Source of the DNA: a virus
Virus genome (UHGV): UHGV-0312576
Strand: one strand, 5' to 3'
DNA length: 64,000 bases
In this document: positions 27,098 through 36,651 of the stretch, one piece after another
How positions within the stretch are numbered: the first letter of the stretch is position 1
How the letters are laid out: the number at the start of each line of letters is the position of its first letter
The notes under the pieces: model-generated
What the model was told of the DNA's origin: nothing
Database searches by the model: none
What the model saw: only the letters and a program-made list of their open reading frames with translations
Translations under genes and position numbers: made by a program

Positions 27098-27687
27098 CTA
27101 GGCAATTTTTAAGTAGCTCTTATTACAGAGCCAATCGAAGTTTTTAATAAACGCGGTAATACTACCGCCTGTAATTAAAGTTGGTATTACACCAATTTTG
27201 TCAATAACTGTATCCAATACATTAGTTAATGTGATACCGCTATCTACTAATACTTTTAAAAAATCAGAGTCGAAAACTGTAGAAGATAAGGACTGGAACG
27301 CAGCTTCTAGCTGTTGCGTTTTTGCTTCCAAACTTTCCATCCAACGTTCCTGCTCTTGCATTGCGGAACCAGCAGAATTAACAGATGCTTCATAAGCCTT
27401 TTCGATTTGTCCTGACTGGAAAGCCTGAATTAATGCTGAAATTTGGTTTCCGCGCTGTTTACCGGCTATTGTTTCAAGGAGCGCAGCCTGATCAACCTGG
27501 CTGATATCTGACCAAACTTTCGAAATACCTTTTAATATTTCATAAGTTGATTTGAAATTTCCATTCTTGTCAAATATGTTTACAGCTCCATTAGTTTGGT
27601 TAAGAATTTGAGTTTGAATTTTTGATATGGATTCTACATTCTCATATTCTTCACCTAGAGCCTCCAATTCGCCCTTCATGCCACGTA
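27098..27687 (-). CDS. TP901-type tape-measure-like protein, exon 2
   Basis: The frame upstream of the track ATG reads ...VRGMKGELEALGEEYENV..., continuing the TMP core motif interrupted at the end of exon 1. Inferred exon start UA at 27687-27686. Confidence 0.55.
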
Positions 27688-28977
27688 CATTCTGTTACTT
27701 TCAGCATTAAAAATGCCTACTGACCAAATTTAATAATATGGCGACATGTCATTTCTGGCATGTTCTCACGTTTCATTAAATATTTAGATTATAGCGTGAG
27801 ATCAGACTATATATTATCCTCGTTATTATGTAACAGGGGAGATAACTTCAGTGTAAACATTACTGTATACACCCTGTAGTCGTTACGGTTTCTGTTAAAA
27901 TGTAATCTAATTTATTTTCTTTCAATTTCTTAATTAAAAAAGATTCCATATTGTTCTTTTCCCAATATGGAATCCTAATCATTATAATATCATTGCTTTT
28001 ACAGTATTCATTTTTAATTTTATCTCTGATTTGAGTAATTACAAGATGTGATTCTGCTGTTTGCTTTGATGTATATTGAATTGGCATGTAATGCTGCTCT
28101 CCATCATATTCACAAGCAAAGGTTATATTTTTGTTATTATCATAAATAATAAAATCGAATTCTAGCGGTTTTTTATATCTACATTCCTTAAATCTAACTT
28201 TGCGTTCATAATTCAGATTTAAAGATGTTAGTATTCCTGCAAGTTGATCTTCTGATTTACTACTTGAACAAACAGGACATCTAATATGTTCACTTAAAAT
28301 ATTACTTGCACAACTTGACCATTCGTGTCCACACTTTTTGCAACGACATTTGATTTTATCTTTTGATCTGGTATATGATTCTAACAATAATATATCCGGG
28401 TTATCTTTATACACCTTTTTCTTATAGATCTCTGAATTAGTTCTTCTACTTATTCCTCTTTGTGTTATACTACACTCTGGGCAATAATATTTGCCTTGGA
28501 TTAAAGTCTTTGGCATTGTTTCAAATTCAAATCCGCATGTTTTACATCTGCATTTAATTTTTTTCTCGAATCCAATGTAATCAGATAATATCTCGATTTT
28601 CAACATATCTATCTTGTCATAATAATCAGAGATGTCTTTTCCTTTTCCTGCACAATATTTGCACCCATATTTTGCATTTTTCAGGTGGCTCCAGGTTATG
28701 TCTAAATCTCCCTTATCTTTATGAATTTCACATGAGCAAACGATATGAGTATCATGTTTCATACTGTACCTATATTTATAAATTAGTTTCAAATCATTAC
28801 ATTTTTCTTTTATTTCATAATCGGAGGCTTTTTTGCGAATAATAATTCCTTTCCGATTACATTTTAACAGTCTTACCTCGGTCTCTGATGTCCCCATCCT
28901 TTGACCGATATAGTTATCGTCTATGTTTTAATAAGTACATAGCATATTATTTTCATAATATGGAGGCTGATTAGTTA
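27688..28977 (-). mobile_element. group I intron (about 1290 nt) carrying a homing endonuclease ORF
   Basis: Exon 1 ends in U (AGG U) and the intron ends in G (...AACAGAAUG). Intron positions 11-15, GCCUC, can pair with the exon end GAGGU, giving a P1 helix with a U-G wobble at the splice site. Splicing joins SMRL|RGMKGELEAL in frame and restores a contiguous TP901 TMP core. Confidence 0.6.
27860..28897 (-). CDS. intron-encoded homing endonuclease (Vsr-like / EDxHD-type PD-(D/E)xK nuclease with zinc ribbons)
   Basis: 345 aa; three CxxC...CxxC ribbons. C-terminal FDFIIYDNN...FACEYDGEQHY...IIMIRIPYWE resembles the Vsr/DUF559-type nuclease fold found in phage intron endonucleases. Confidence 0.5.
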   Translation of the reverse strand: MGTSETEVRLLKCNRKGIIIRKKASDYEIKEKCNDLKLIYKYRYSMKHDTHIVCSCEIHKDKGDLDITWSHLKNAKYGCKYCAGKGKDISDYYDKIDMLKIEILSDYIGFEKKIKCRCKTCGFEFETMPKTLIQGKYYCPECSITQRGISRRTNSEIYKKKVYKDNPDILLLESYTRSKDKIKCRCKKCGHEWSSCASNILSEHIRCPVCSSSKSEDQLAGILTSLNLNYERKVRFKECRYKKPLEFDFIIYDNNKNITFACEYDGEQHYMPIQYTSKQTAESHLVITQIRDKIKNEYCKSNDIIMIRIPYWEKNNMESFLIKKLKENKLDYILTETVTTTGCIQ

Positions 28978-30508
28978 ACCTCATACTAAGCACTTTAAGA
29001 GCGTTTCCCATTTCTGAAGCATTTTGTGTGATTTCTGTGCCACCAGTAATCATGGCTAAAGTCTGATTTATGTCATTTCCAGCTAAACTCAACGCAGAAG
29101 CAGATTTCTTAAGACCTTCTCCTAAAGCGGCGGAATCCGTTGCGAATTCATTTCCGAGCTTATTTAACGAATCTACAATGGTAATGCTATCTGACGCTTC
29201 GATATTAAAAGATTTCATTGCAGTAACGAGATCGGAAACAGCGGTAGCATCATCAACCTCACCTACGTTTGAATAAATAGAAGATATTTGTGCTAATTCA
29301 CTGGCCTGATCAATATCGAACCCCAATTTGGCCCAATCAGCTGTTTGTTCAACTAGTCCAGATATAGAACGTCCAAGATCTTGAGCTTTAGAAGATGCGT
29401 TATTTAAAAACTTAGTATATTTTTTCTCTGTTTCATCGGTTACTTTGTAGAGACTAGTCATTGAAGTATCTATGTTATATACTTCTTTTGGCATTCTCCT
29501 GAATAAATTCCACATCTCCATAACTGAGCCTGTGGCAATAGCCCAGCCACCAAACTTCTCAACTGCCTGTTTGAATTTATCGGCCCAGGATAATCCTAAT
29601 TTATTCGCTGCACGTAGTTCTGCATCCAGCCCCTTGAACTGCGCCCTGAGATTATCAAAAGTACCTCTTGTCATGTCATCAGCAGAATTAAGCGTATTAA
29701 TCCATTCAATGATTTGCTGCTTAGACTGTTTAGTCATGGCAGTATTTTTTTGAAGGTAATTGTTTAATTCATTGACAAAGGATATACGCCGATTGTCTCC
29801 ATTAGAAATTAGCTCATTGGACTTTTGACCTTTGACTTGAGTAAGAAGATTTTTTGTTTTTTCAAGAAGCTTTTGGTATTCCTTTTCATGCTCTAATCGT
29901 TCATCTCCATCAGAGAATTTCATATCGTTATAAGCAGCTTCTAATTGTTTAAGTGAGGCACTTGCTTGAAGAAATAGTTCTCCACTATCAATTCCAAATT
30001 TACTTAACTGTTGCTGAAACGAATTAATTTGGGTTGAATATTTCTCTGTATCGATTCCGAGCTGAATTTCTTTTGACTTATCTGCAATTCTTTGACGTAA
30101 GTTATATTCTTCCTCAAGCGCCTTATTTACAGCCTTATCCTGGGCAAGTTGATGGCGTTTTTCTTCTGCTTGGCGTGCTTGTTCTGAAGATTCGCGTCCT
30201 TTCGCCATAGCATTAACTAGCTTTTCCTGCTCTTTAACAGCCTGCTTTGCTCCAGATTCAATTTCTTTATAGTACTGTTTGACCCATTGGGTAGCTTGTT
30301 TATCAGAAACAGTATCTCCAAGTATATCTTTGATGATTCCTGATAGCGCTCGAAACTGCTTTTCGATATCAGCCTTACTCTTTGCAAAATTAGAAAAATC
30401 AATATCAGCTTGGATTTCTAATTTTTTTCTTGCTAGATCTTTTTGAACTTTGGTTAAACTACTATCGTCAATAATAGCTTGAAGAAATATTTTGAAATTA
30501 TCGTTCAT
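28978..30508 (-). CDS. TP901-type tape-measure-like protein, exon 1
   Basis: The track ORF 28928..30508 contains a TP901-family core (…SLNKLGNEFATDSAALGEGLKKSASALSLAGNDINQTLAMITGG…GNALKVLSMRL). Inferred 5' splice site after U at 28978; the remaining codons to the track stop are intronic. Confidence 0.6.
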
Positions 30509-30668
30509 TCATGACTCCTTCCATAATTTATTGCAATAAAAAACACCCTCACGAAAGGAGAGTGCTAATAAAAGAAGTATCAGTTTTGACACTGATACTC
30601 TAATTTGTGTTCTGTTTTTAGATGAATGGTGATATAATTTCTTTATTAAAAAAATGAGGTGAAAACAT

Positions 30669-31073
30669 ATGCTCACAAAAGAACAAGAAAATATTTTAAG
30701 ATTCCTGCTATCATTACCGCGAGACACCAATAATCGAATAACAGTAAGCAGAAAGAATTATAATCTTGATTATTCTGAATCCGACTTTATCAATAAACTG
30801 AGAGATATGGAAACTCTCGGCTATTTTGAGATTAAATATTTAACAGGACATCATGATACTTTAAAAACATATATTGAGGTTGTTCCCAATAGAGATACTT
30901 TATCTTATTTTATGGATAAAAAGAATAAGAAATCTCAAAAAAGAAGAGATTTAATCAAGTGGCTAATACCTGTAATTATTTCCTCATTATCATTATTGTG
31001 GAATATACTTAATACGTTGTACTCAACTCACTTAAAAGAATTAATAGACAATCTGACATCTCAAATAAATTAA
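30669..31073 (+). CDS. hypothetical protein with C-terminal TM helix
   Basis: 134 aa; helix-rich N-terminal region, hydrophobic C-terminus (WLIPVIISSLSLLWNIL). Confidence 0.35.
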   Translation: MLTKEQENILRFLLSLPRDTNNRITVSRKNYNLDYSESDFINKLRDMETLGYFEIKYLTGHHDTLKTYIEVVPNRDTLSYFMDKKNKKSQKRRDLIKWLIPVIISSLSLLWNILNTLYSTHLKELIDNLTSQIN

Positions 31074-31783
31074 TAGTTGTTATGACGGCAGAAATAAGAG
31101 TAAGTGTAGCGATGACTGTTTGTACTACCCATCCATATTTATACATCCAATCAAGAAATTTATCCATTTTTATTTCCTTTCTATGAAAAATTCTCAGTTT
31201 GCATCAGTTACAGACGAAATTGCAGTACAATAATTTTCTGCTGGAGTAATCACATTAATTACTTAATTAATACTTGAAATATGGGGGAGATGCGGATAGT
31301 AAGTAGTGGTAGACAGAAAGGGTGTGCCTTGAGCAAGCATATCCTTTTTGTATTGTCTCTACTAATGCAATTTACTTCATCCCAGGCATTCCGAGTGAGG
31401 TCACACAAAACTGCTTAATATCCTCTACAAACTTACCATCATTACACATATTGAGAACTGCGCCGAGGATTCCTGTAGCTCCGGTTGCATTGGTTACAAC
31501 CTAATTCGATTTGGAGGTAAGGACAATTCAGGCAAGCCATTGGAATTAATCCAACATGTGTCACAATTGGATTTTTTACTAACTGTTGCATAGAAACCTG
31601 TGCCAGAGGCTCCGAAACGTCGGATTGGTTTTGTGGTCGATTGATTTTATAATCATTTTTCATATGTTCCATAATTACACTCCAATTATTCGTTTTAAAC
31701 GGATGTTCCGTCTGTTATATGATTGGATTAAGTGTTATAATATCTCTATCTGTGGCGGTATAGGTAGATAAGGAAATGCTGTA

Positions 31784-31870
31784 ATGGAAACCATTTGCTC
31801 AATAGTTTCTGCCTGTGTTGCAGTCTTAACATTTGTATACACAGTCTACAGAGACAATAAGAAAAAGTAA
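31784..31870 (+). CDS. small hydrophobic peptide (28 aa, METICSIVSACVAVLTFVYTVYRDNKKK)
   Basis: Good RBS (AAGGAAA); single TM segment with a Lys-rich C-terminus, like type I toxins or small membrane peptides. Not in the ORF track (too short). Confidence 0.25.
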   Translation: METICSIVSACVAVLTFVYTVYRDNKKK

Positions 31871-32250
31871 TGTAACATAGCACTACAGATGTGAGTATCC
31901 ATTCATTTAACGAATTAGAAGAACGGTAGAAGACTAGTCACCTTCTGCTACACGTAACAATAATACAAACCCTATATCCGCATAAGTTCTGAGATATAGT
32001 TAAATGAATGGAGAAAACATTTACTTGACACTTAGATAATTAATGTTATAATTATCTATAGAGCAAATGGATAAAGTCAATACAGACTCAAAACCTTATC
32101 TTAGAGATGCAATCTGACTAATTGCAAATGCCTAAGAACTTACAGTGGAGAGAAGTAGAAGATGGCGGAGAAATAGCATCGTAGCAATACGGTGCTATTT
32201 TTCTACATAAAAAGGATGGAAGAGTAGTTAACTCAACCATCCATGATTTA

Positions 32251-33372
32251 TTAGCAATTCTTAGCCATGTTCTTGAATACTTCCCAACGGGCCTGTACAT
32301 TTTCTTTAGCAGCAGATCCGGAACCACAGAGATTCCTGTACTCTTCATTCTGTTCATAGCTATTGAAAAATTCCTTTGAGAGTACCATGTATTTATCTTT
32401 TCCACCCTTGTACTTAATCACCTTGCACATACCAGCAACAAACATCGGGATAGAGGTCTTTTTTAGATTTGGAATCTTTTCTGTAATTCTCCTATTAATA
32501 GAGTCAGCAGCGTTGATAATTAAGTCAATTACTTCCTGTTTGTTTTCTTGCTCATCAAACCATGTAATGAACGCCTGAATATCCTCATTCCTAAATCCAA
32601 ATTCATGCTCTTTACTGTAACCAGATACTAACATCATGATTTCGAGAATGAGATTACGGTCCTCACTGTTCTTAAAAATGCCGGCGCTGAAAATTCTTTC
32701 CCATAGATTTGGCATTTTCTTTTCTTTCATGACTGGCTTTCCGTCTTTCATAATGACTTCACCAGCACGATTTTTCTTTTCAACTTCATAAGTATATCCA
32801 TCAGCGTTTAATATGCTTAAAATCTGACCATACAATTCATCACTAATATTCACAGAGTTTTTCTGTGCGTTAGTGAGAGGTCTACCAGAATTCTTGCGTC
32901 TAAATAGTTCAGTGATTTCTCTATTAGTTGCCTCATGGTAGAAGTCGATGGGCAATTCATAATAACTAAGTTTGCTCTTTATTTCTTCGTCCAGTTCTTC
33001 AAACTTCTTTCCCCATAATGATTCTGATGGATAGAATGTTTTTCCTTCAATAGTAAAGGGGACATCATCTAACCTTTTTGATAAACGATACTCACCATTT
33101 ACAAAATCGGCAAAATTGGTTATACGCTGAACGCCATCAATGACAGCATTATTTAATTTAATAACATCGCCAGTTGTTTCATCAACCATACTAACGACGA
33201 TTGTAACAGGGTCGATTAGGTATTCACGCAACACACTATCAATCAATTCTGTTTTCTGTAGTGCATTCCACTGTCCAGAAGGACGCTGAAGCGGATGCTT
33301 AAAATTATACTTACCGTTCTTAACTTCTTTAGCCAAAGTAGGAAGACCACGACGTTTTGATTCTGACCTCAT
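32251..33372 (-). CDS. DUF262 (ParB-like nuclease superfamily, DGQQR-type) protein
   Basis: The N-terminal region (KHPLQRPSGQW...LIDSVL...IDGVQRITNF) matches the DUF262 signature (QR..W, DS, DGxQR). No HNH/DUF1524 C-terminal domain is recognisable. Confidence 0.6.
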   Translation of the reverse strand: MRSESKRRGLPTLAKEVKNGKYNFKHPLQRPSGQWNALQKTELIDSVLREYLIDPVTIVVSMVDETTGDVIKLNNAVIDGVQRITNFADFVNGEYRLSKRLDDVPFTIEGKTFYPSESLWGKKFEELDEEIKSKLSYYELPIDFYHEATNREITELFRRKNSGRPLTNAQKNSVNISDELYGQILSILNADGYTYEVEKKNRAGEVIMKDGKPVMKEKKMPNLWERIFSAGIFKNSEDRNLILEIMMLVSGYSKEHEFGFRNEDIQAFITWFDEQENKQEVIDLIINAADSINRRITEKIPNLKKTSIPMFVAGMCKVIKYKGGKDKYMVLSKEFFNSYEQNEEYRNLCGSGSAAKENVQARWEVFKNMAKNC

Positions 33373-33457
33373 ATTTATACCTCCATAAAAAATATCGTTA
33401 GTATTTTCTATTTCAGTATAGTCTATATATAAAAATATAGCAAGAAATTCTTGATGT

Positions 33458-33913
33458 TTATTTTATCTTTAGACCGACTTTTCTCAGATTTATTTTTAAC
33501 AACTCAATCAGATTTTCATTACACCATTCAATATATGTAGACCAAAAATCTGGTGTAGATGTTTGATAATAATTAGCTCCATGCTGACTATTTGAGGCCC
33601 AGGTTACAACTTGCATTGCATTAAAATTGTTTTTATAATGCATACCTTCTACATCAATATATATTTCTGCCGAATTATTGGATAACAGTTGACCTGTGGC
33701 TGAATTTAGAAAAGCTTCGGTACGTTCATATACATTTGGATAAAATTCAGGATCTTTGTAATATTGCTCATCAATACATTTGGTAAGTTGCTTTTTTGCT
33801 TCTTCAACAGTGGCTTTTATGGCCTTATCACATAATACCTGCATATAATTCTTTAACTCCACAGGCGTCCTAAATAATTTACTCGCCATCACAATACCTC
33901 TTGGGCATAACAA
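33458..33913 (-). CDS. hypothetical protein
   Basis: 151-aa ORF directly downstream of the DUF262 gene. Confidence 0.35.
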   Translation of the reverse strand: MLCPRGIVMASKLFRTPVELKNYMQVLCDKAIKATVEEAKKQLTKCIDEQYYKDPEFYPNVYERTEAFLNSATGQLLSNNSAEIYIDVEGMHYKNNFNAMQVVTWASNSQHGANYYQTSTPDFWSTYIEWCNENLIELLKINLRKVGLKIK

Positions 33914-34415
33914 AGTAATGGCCTATAATCCAATAATACGGTCGTGGTTCTTCGTGAAATAGATAATAATTATATGCATCGGCTACGAGTATCCCGAGTA
34001 TCGTAATGATAATCCATACTATTGAAAACGGCAAACATATCACACCGTCATAATTAAATGGCATATTGGAGTAGTCCCACATTAGAGGATGATTTAGAAC
34101 TTTCAGCGCTTCACCGACAAACAGCTCAAAGCTAGTTACAATAGCTGACCCAATAAAACCTTGTAGAATTAAGTCAAGATTCCAAGATATTTTGTTGTTA
34201 ATCTGATCAAAGAGCAAGAGGGAGATACCGCCAACGCAACCCATGAGAGGATAACTTACATTTCTATAAGTCACTTCCAATGCAATATATGTACAATATC
34301 CAACCAAAAAAAGTGTAAGTAATTTAGTCAAGATATGTGTCCATTTTCTTTTGTTCATATACTTAATCCCCTTTGATACTGGTCTCACCATTGCGTTCTG
34401 CTTCAGCCTGGTCAT
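33879..34415 (-). CDS. polytopic membrane protein
   Basis: Four or more predicted TM segments. The real start is possibly internal (MNKRKWTHIL). Confidence 0.4.
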   Translation of the reverse strand: MTRLKQNAMVRPVSKGIKYMNKRKWTHILTKLLTLFLVGYCTYIALEVTYRNVSYPLMGCVGGISLLLFDQINNKISWNLDLILQGFIGSAIVTSFELFVGEALKVLNHPLMWDYSNMPFNYDGVICLPFSIVWIIITILGILVADAYNYYLFHEEPRPYYWIIGHYFVMPKRYCDGE

Positions 34416-34623
34416 GAATAATCTCCGCTAATTTCCCAATAAATTCGTCTTTCAATTCGTTAAGCGGGACATCCTTCAGGACCGTAAACAGATTTGATAG
34501 GAGAGTGGTGATATCCTTCTGTTCTGTGATGAATCTTTCGATAACAGTGTATAATTTGACTTTTAAAGTGATTTCCTTCTTCTTCATGACAATCCAATTT
34601 CTAATCATATATTTTTCCTCCAA
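34363..34623 (-). CDS. hypothetical protein
   Basis: 86-aa ORF. Confidence 0.3.
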   Translation of the reverse strand: MEEKYMIRNWIVMKKKEITLKVKLYTVIERFITEQKDITTLLSNLFTVLKDVPLNELKDEFIGKLAEIIHDQAEAERNGETSIKGD

Positions 34624-34625
34624 TA

Positions 34626-34988
34626 TTATTTTTTGCTCTTCTTTTCAAGAGCTTTCATTTTCTTTAATTCATCATATGTTATCCAACCGCCGCGTTTTAG
34701 ATTACGACATATAAACACCAAGTTTATATCAGGATATCGATATCTAAATAATTTCCTTTTAAGTAAACTAACTGAATCTGGTTGCCCCTTGATATCGTAC
34801 ACGATAAAAGTTCCATCAGAGTACCAAACATCGTAATCACTAACATACTTTATAGGTAATATCTTTTCTCCACTTTTCATGGTGAATCCATCTTGAAGTA
34901 CATATGTGACCTGGCGCTCAAATTTAGTAATTTCGCCACTTGCAAGCTTAGGCTCGATAACCTCTTTCATAAATTGCATTTCTGTCAA
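34626..34988 (-). CDS. hypothetical protein
   Basis: 120-aa ORF. Confidence 0.35.
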   Translation of the reverse strand: MTEMQFMKEVIEPKLASGEITKFERQVTYVLQDGFTMKSGEKILPIKYVSDYDVWYSDGTFIVYDIKGQPDSVSLLKRKLFRYRYPDINLVFICRNLKRGGWITYDELKKMKALEKKSKK

Positions 34989-35145
34989 TGAATCATATTT
35001 AATTCCTTTGTAAGTTCTTTTTTGCTGTCCCGCTTTACTTATATCTACGTTGTAAAGAGAGCGTTTTCTTGCTGCTATTGTCTATTCACCCCTTTAACAT
35101 AAAAGGAACTCCACCAGATTACCTGACGGAGTTCTTAATTAATGA

Positions 35146-35991
35146 TTATGCTGCAATTCCAAATTCTTTTTTTAGTTTTTCTACTAGATATACTTGACCC
35201 TTGCCAGTAATAAGAGTCTTTGTATAAATACTTGTGCCATATGCAGTATTTTTGGTTACTTCAACAACTTTGAAATAGCCTGACTCTATGTACTTCTGAT
35301 ATGGGTTATTATTCTGCATTAAATATCCATTAAACCTTAACCACTCAAATAACCTGTTTCGACCAATTTTTATATTTTCCTTTTTTACAAGTTTTGCAAA
35401 TTCTCCAACGTCTACAGTATCACTTGACTCTGTTACATGCTTTGCAAATTCGGTATATGGTTTGTCCTCTTCAATTTTTTCAAGTAAGGGAGTGGTAGCG
35501 GATTCAACTTCCAATTGTACCAGTTCTTTGGAAGCAAGAACACCATCTTGACCACCATTATAAATCATTAATAATAGATGTGCTTTTTTATCAGAGTTTA
35601 TTGCTTTACGCATTGCAAAATATTCTCTCCGTAGTTTCTTGCGGATTTTTTTCGACTGTTCTGTTTTCATGAAACCAACAAGCAACATGTAGCCTTGCTC
35701 AGACAGTAAATATATATTAGTTGAATTAGAAATAGACTGTCTGTTCATGAAATTCAATAAAAACTCGGTACTTTGTAAGTACCCACTTTTTAAATCTAAA
35801 ATATCAACCCCAACTTCAAATTCATCTATATTTTCATTTATTAGCTGATTGATTTTCTTTAGTGGTTGCCCATGAATTTCGGAAATGGTTTTTGCTAATA
35901 TCACTTTTTGATTTTCACCAAAACCGCCTTCGATAATAGGTATCTCAATCCCCATAAATATTTGTGTTCCATTATTTTTTAATTCATTCAT
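35146..35991 (-). CDS. putative antirepressor (Bro-N/ORF6N-like N-terminus, KilA-C-like C-terminus)
   Basis: 281 aa. The N-terminal IEGGFGENQKVILAKTISEIHG and C-terminal FAKLVKKENIKIGRNRLFEWLRFNGYL resemble phage antirepressor domains. Confidence 0.45.
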   Translation of the reverse strand: MNELKNNGTQIFMGIEIPIIEGGFGENQKVILAKTISEIHGQPLKKINQLINENIDEFEVGVDILDLKSGYLQSTEFLLNFMNRQSISNSTNIYLLSEQGYMLLVGFMKTEQSKKIRKKLRREYFAMRKAINSDKKAHLLLMIYNGGQDGVLASKELVQLEVESATTPLLEKIEEDKPYTEFAKHVTESSDTVDVGEFAKLVKKENIKIGRNRLFEWLRFNGYLMQNNNPYQKYIESGYFKVVEVTKNTAYGTSIYTKTLITGKGQVYLVEKLKKEFGIAA

Positions 35992-36468
35992 ACTTTGTAC
36001 CTCAACTTTCTATAATCCCTCTGAATTAGTTAATAGAAGAGTAGTGAGCGCCGTCAGAGGTATTCGGCTTCGACGGGTAATTACTCCGTCTATTCACTAC
36101 TCAAGAAACAGGCTCAATGACTTCCTGCTTTACAGATATAAAAAATACCTGTATCAAACCATTGTCTCTCATACAGATATTCTCTTTTTAAGTTCTGAAA
36201 TATAAAAAGAACCTCAACTGTAGTCAAGGTTCCTTAGAAAATGTGCTTCTAAAGAAGCTTTTAAACAAATGTTCTGAATTGTATAATCTCCCAAGTATAT
36301 TATAATAATCCTGTGGTGGAATGACTATCCAAAAGATAGTTGTAGGAGGGCCAACGAGTAGTCAGTACGGTCGCCAGAAATGGCAGGCGTTAGCCTATAG
36401 ATCTCACTTAAGTACGGTTTTGATAGACTTTTCACATAGATATCAAATAAGTATTGAGGTGAGGTTTT

Positions 36469-36540
36469 ATGGAATTCAGAATAAATTCTGCATTTATGGT
36501 TCTACTAATCGTTTTAGTAGCAATCATCAAGTACGCCTAA
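36469..36540 (+). CDS. small hydrophobic peptide (MEFRINSAFMVLLIVLVAIIKYA)
   Basis: RBS GAGGTGA 6 nt upstream; single TM; not in the ORF track. It overlaps the implausible track ORF 36321..36668. Confidence 0.25.
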   Translation: MEFRINSAFMVLLIVLVAIIKYA

Positions 36541-36546
36541 TATCTG

Positions 36547-36618
36547 ATGAAAGTTGGTGGGATTATTATCATCTTGGTAGTAATGATCATACTATCAGAA
36601 CATGTTCATATATTGTAA
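36547..36618 (+). CDS. small hydrophobic peptide (MKVGGIIIILVVMIILSEHVHIL)
   Basis: Tandem to the previous peptide; weak RBS. Confidence 0.2.
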   Translation: MKVGGIIIILVVMIILSEHVHIL

Positions 36619-36651
36619 AGAGCGGCTTCATAAGAAAACGCTCTTTCATAA

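Noticed and set aside
31322-31672. Short ORFs 31322..31504 (plus) and 31442..31672 (minus) in a GC-enriched patch
   Set aside because: They overlap each other with no motifs and poor start contexts. It is unclear whether the patch is coding, a small RNA, or a remnant.
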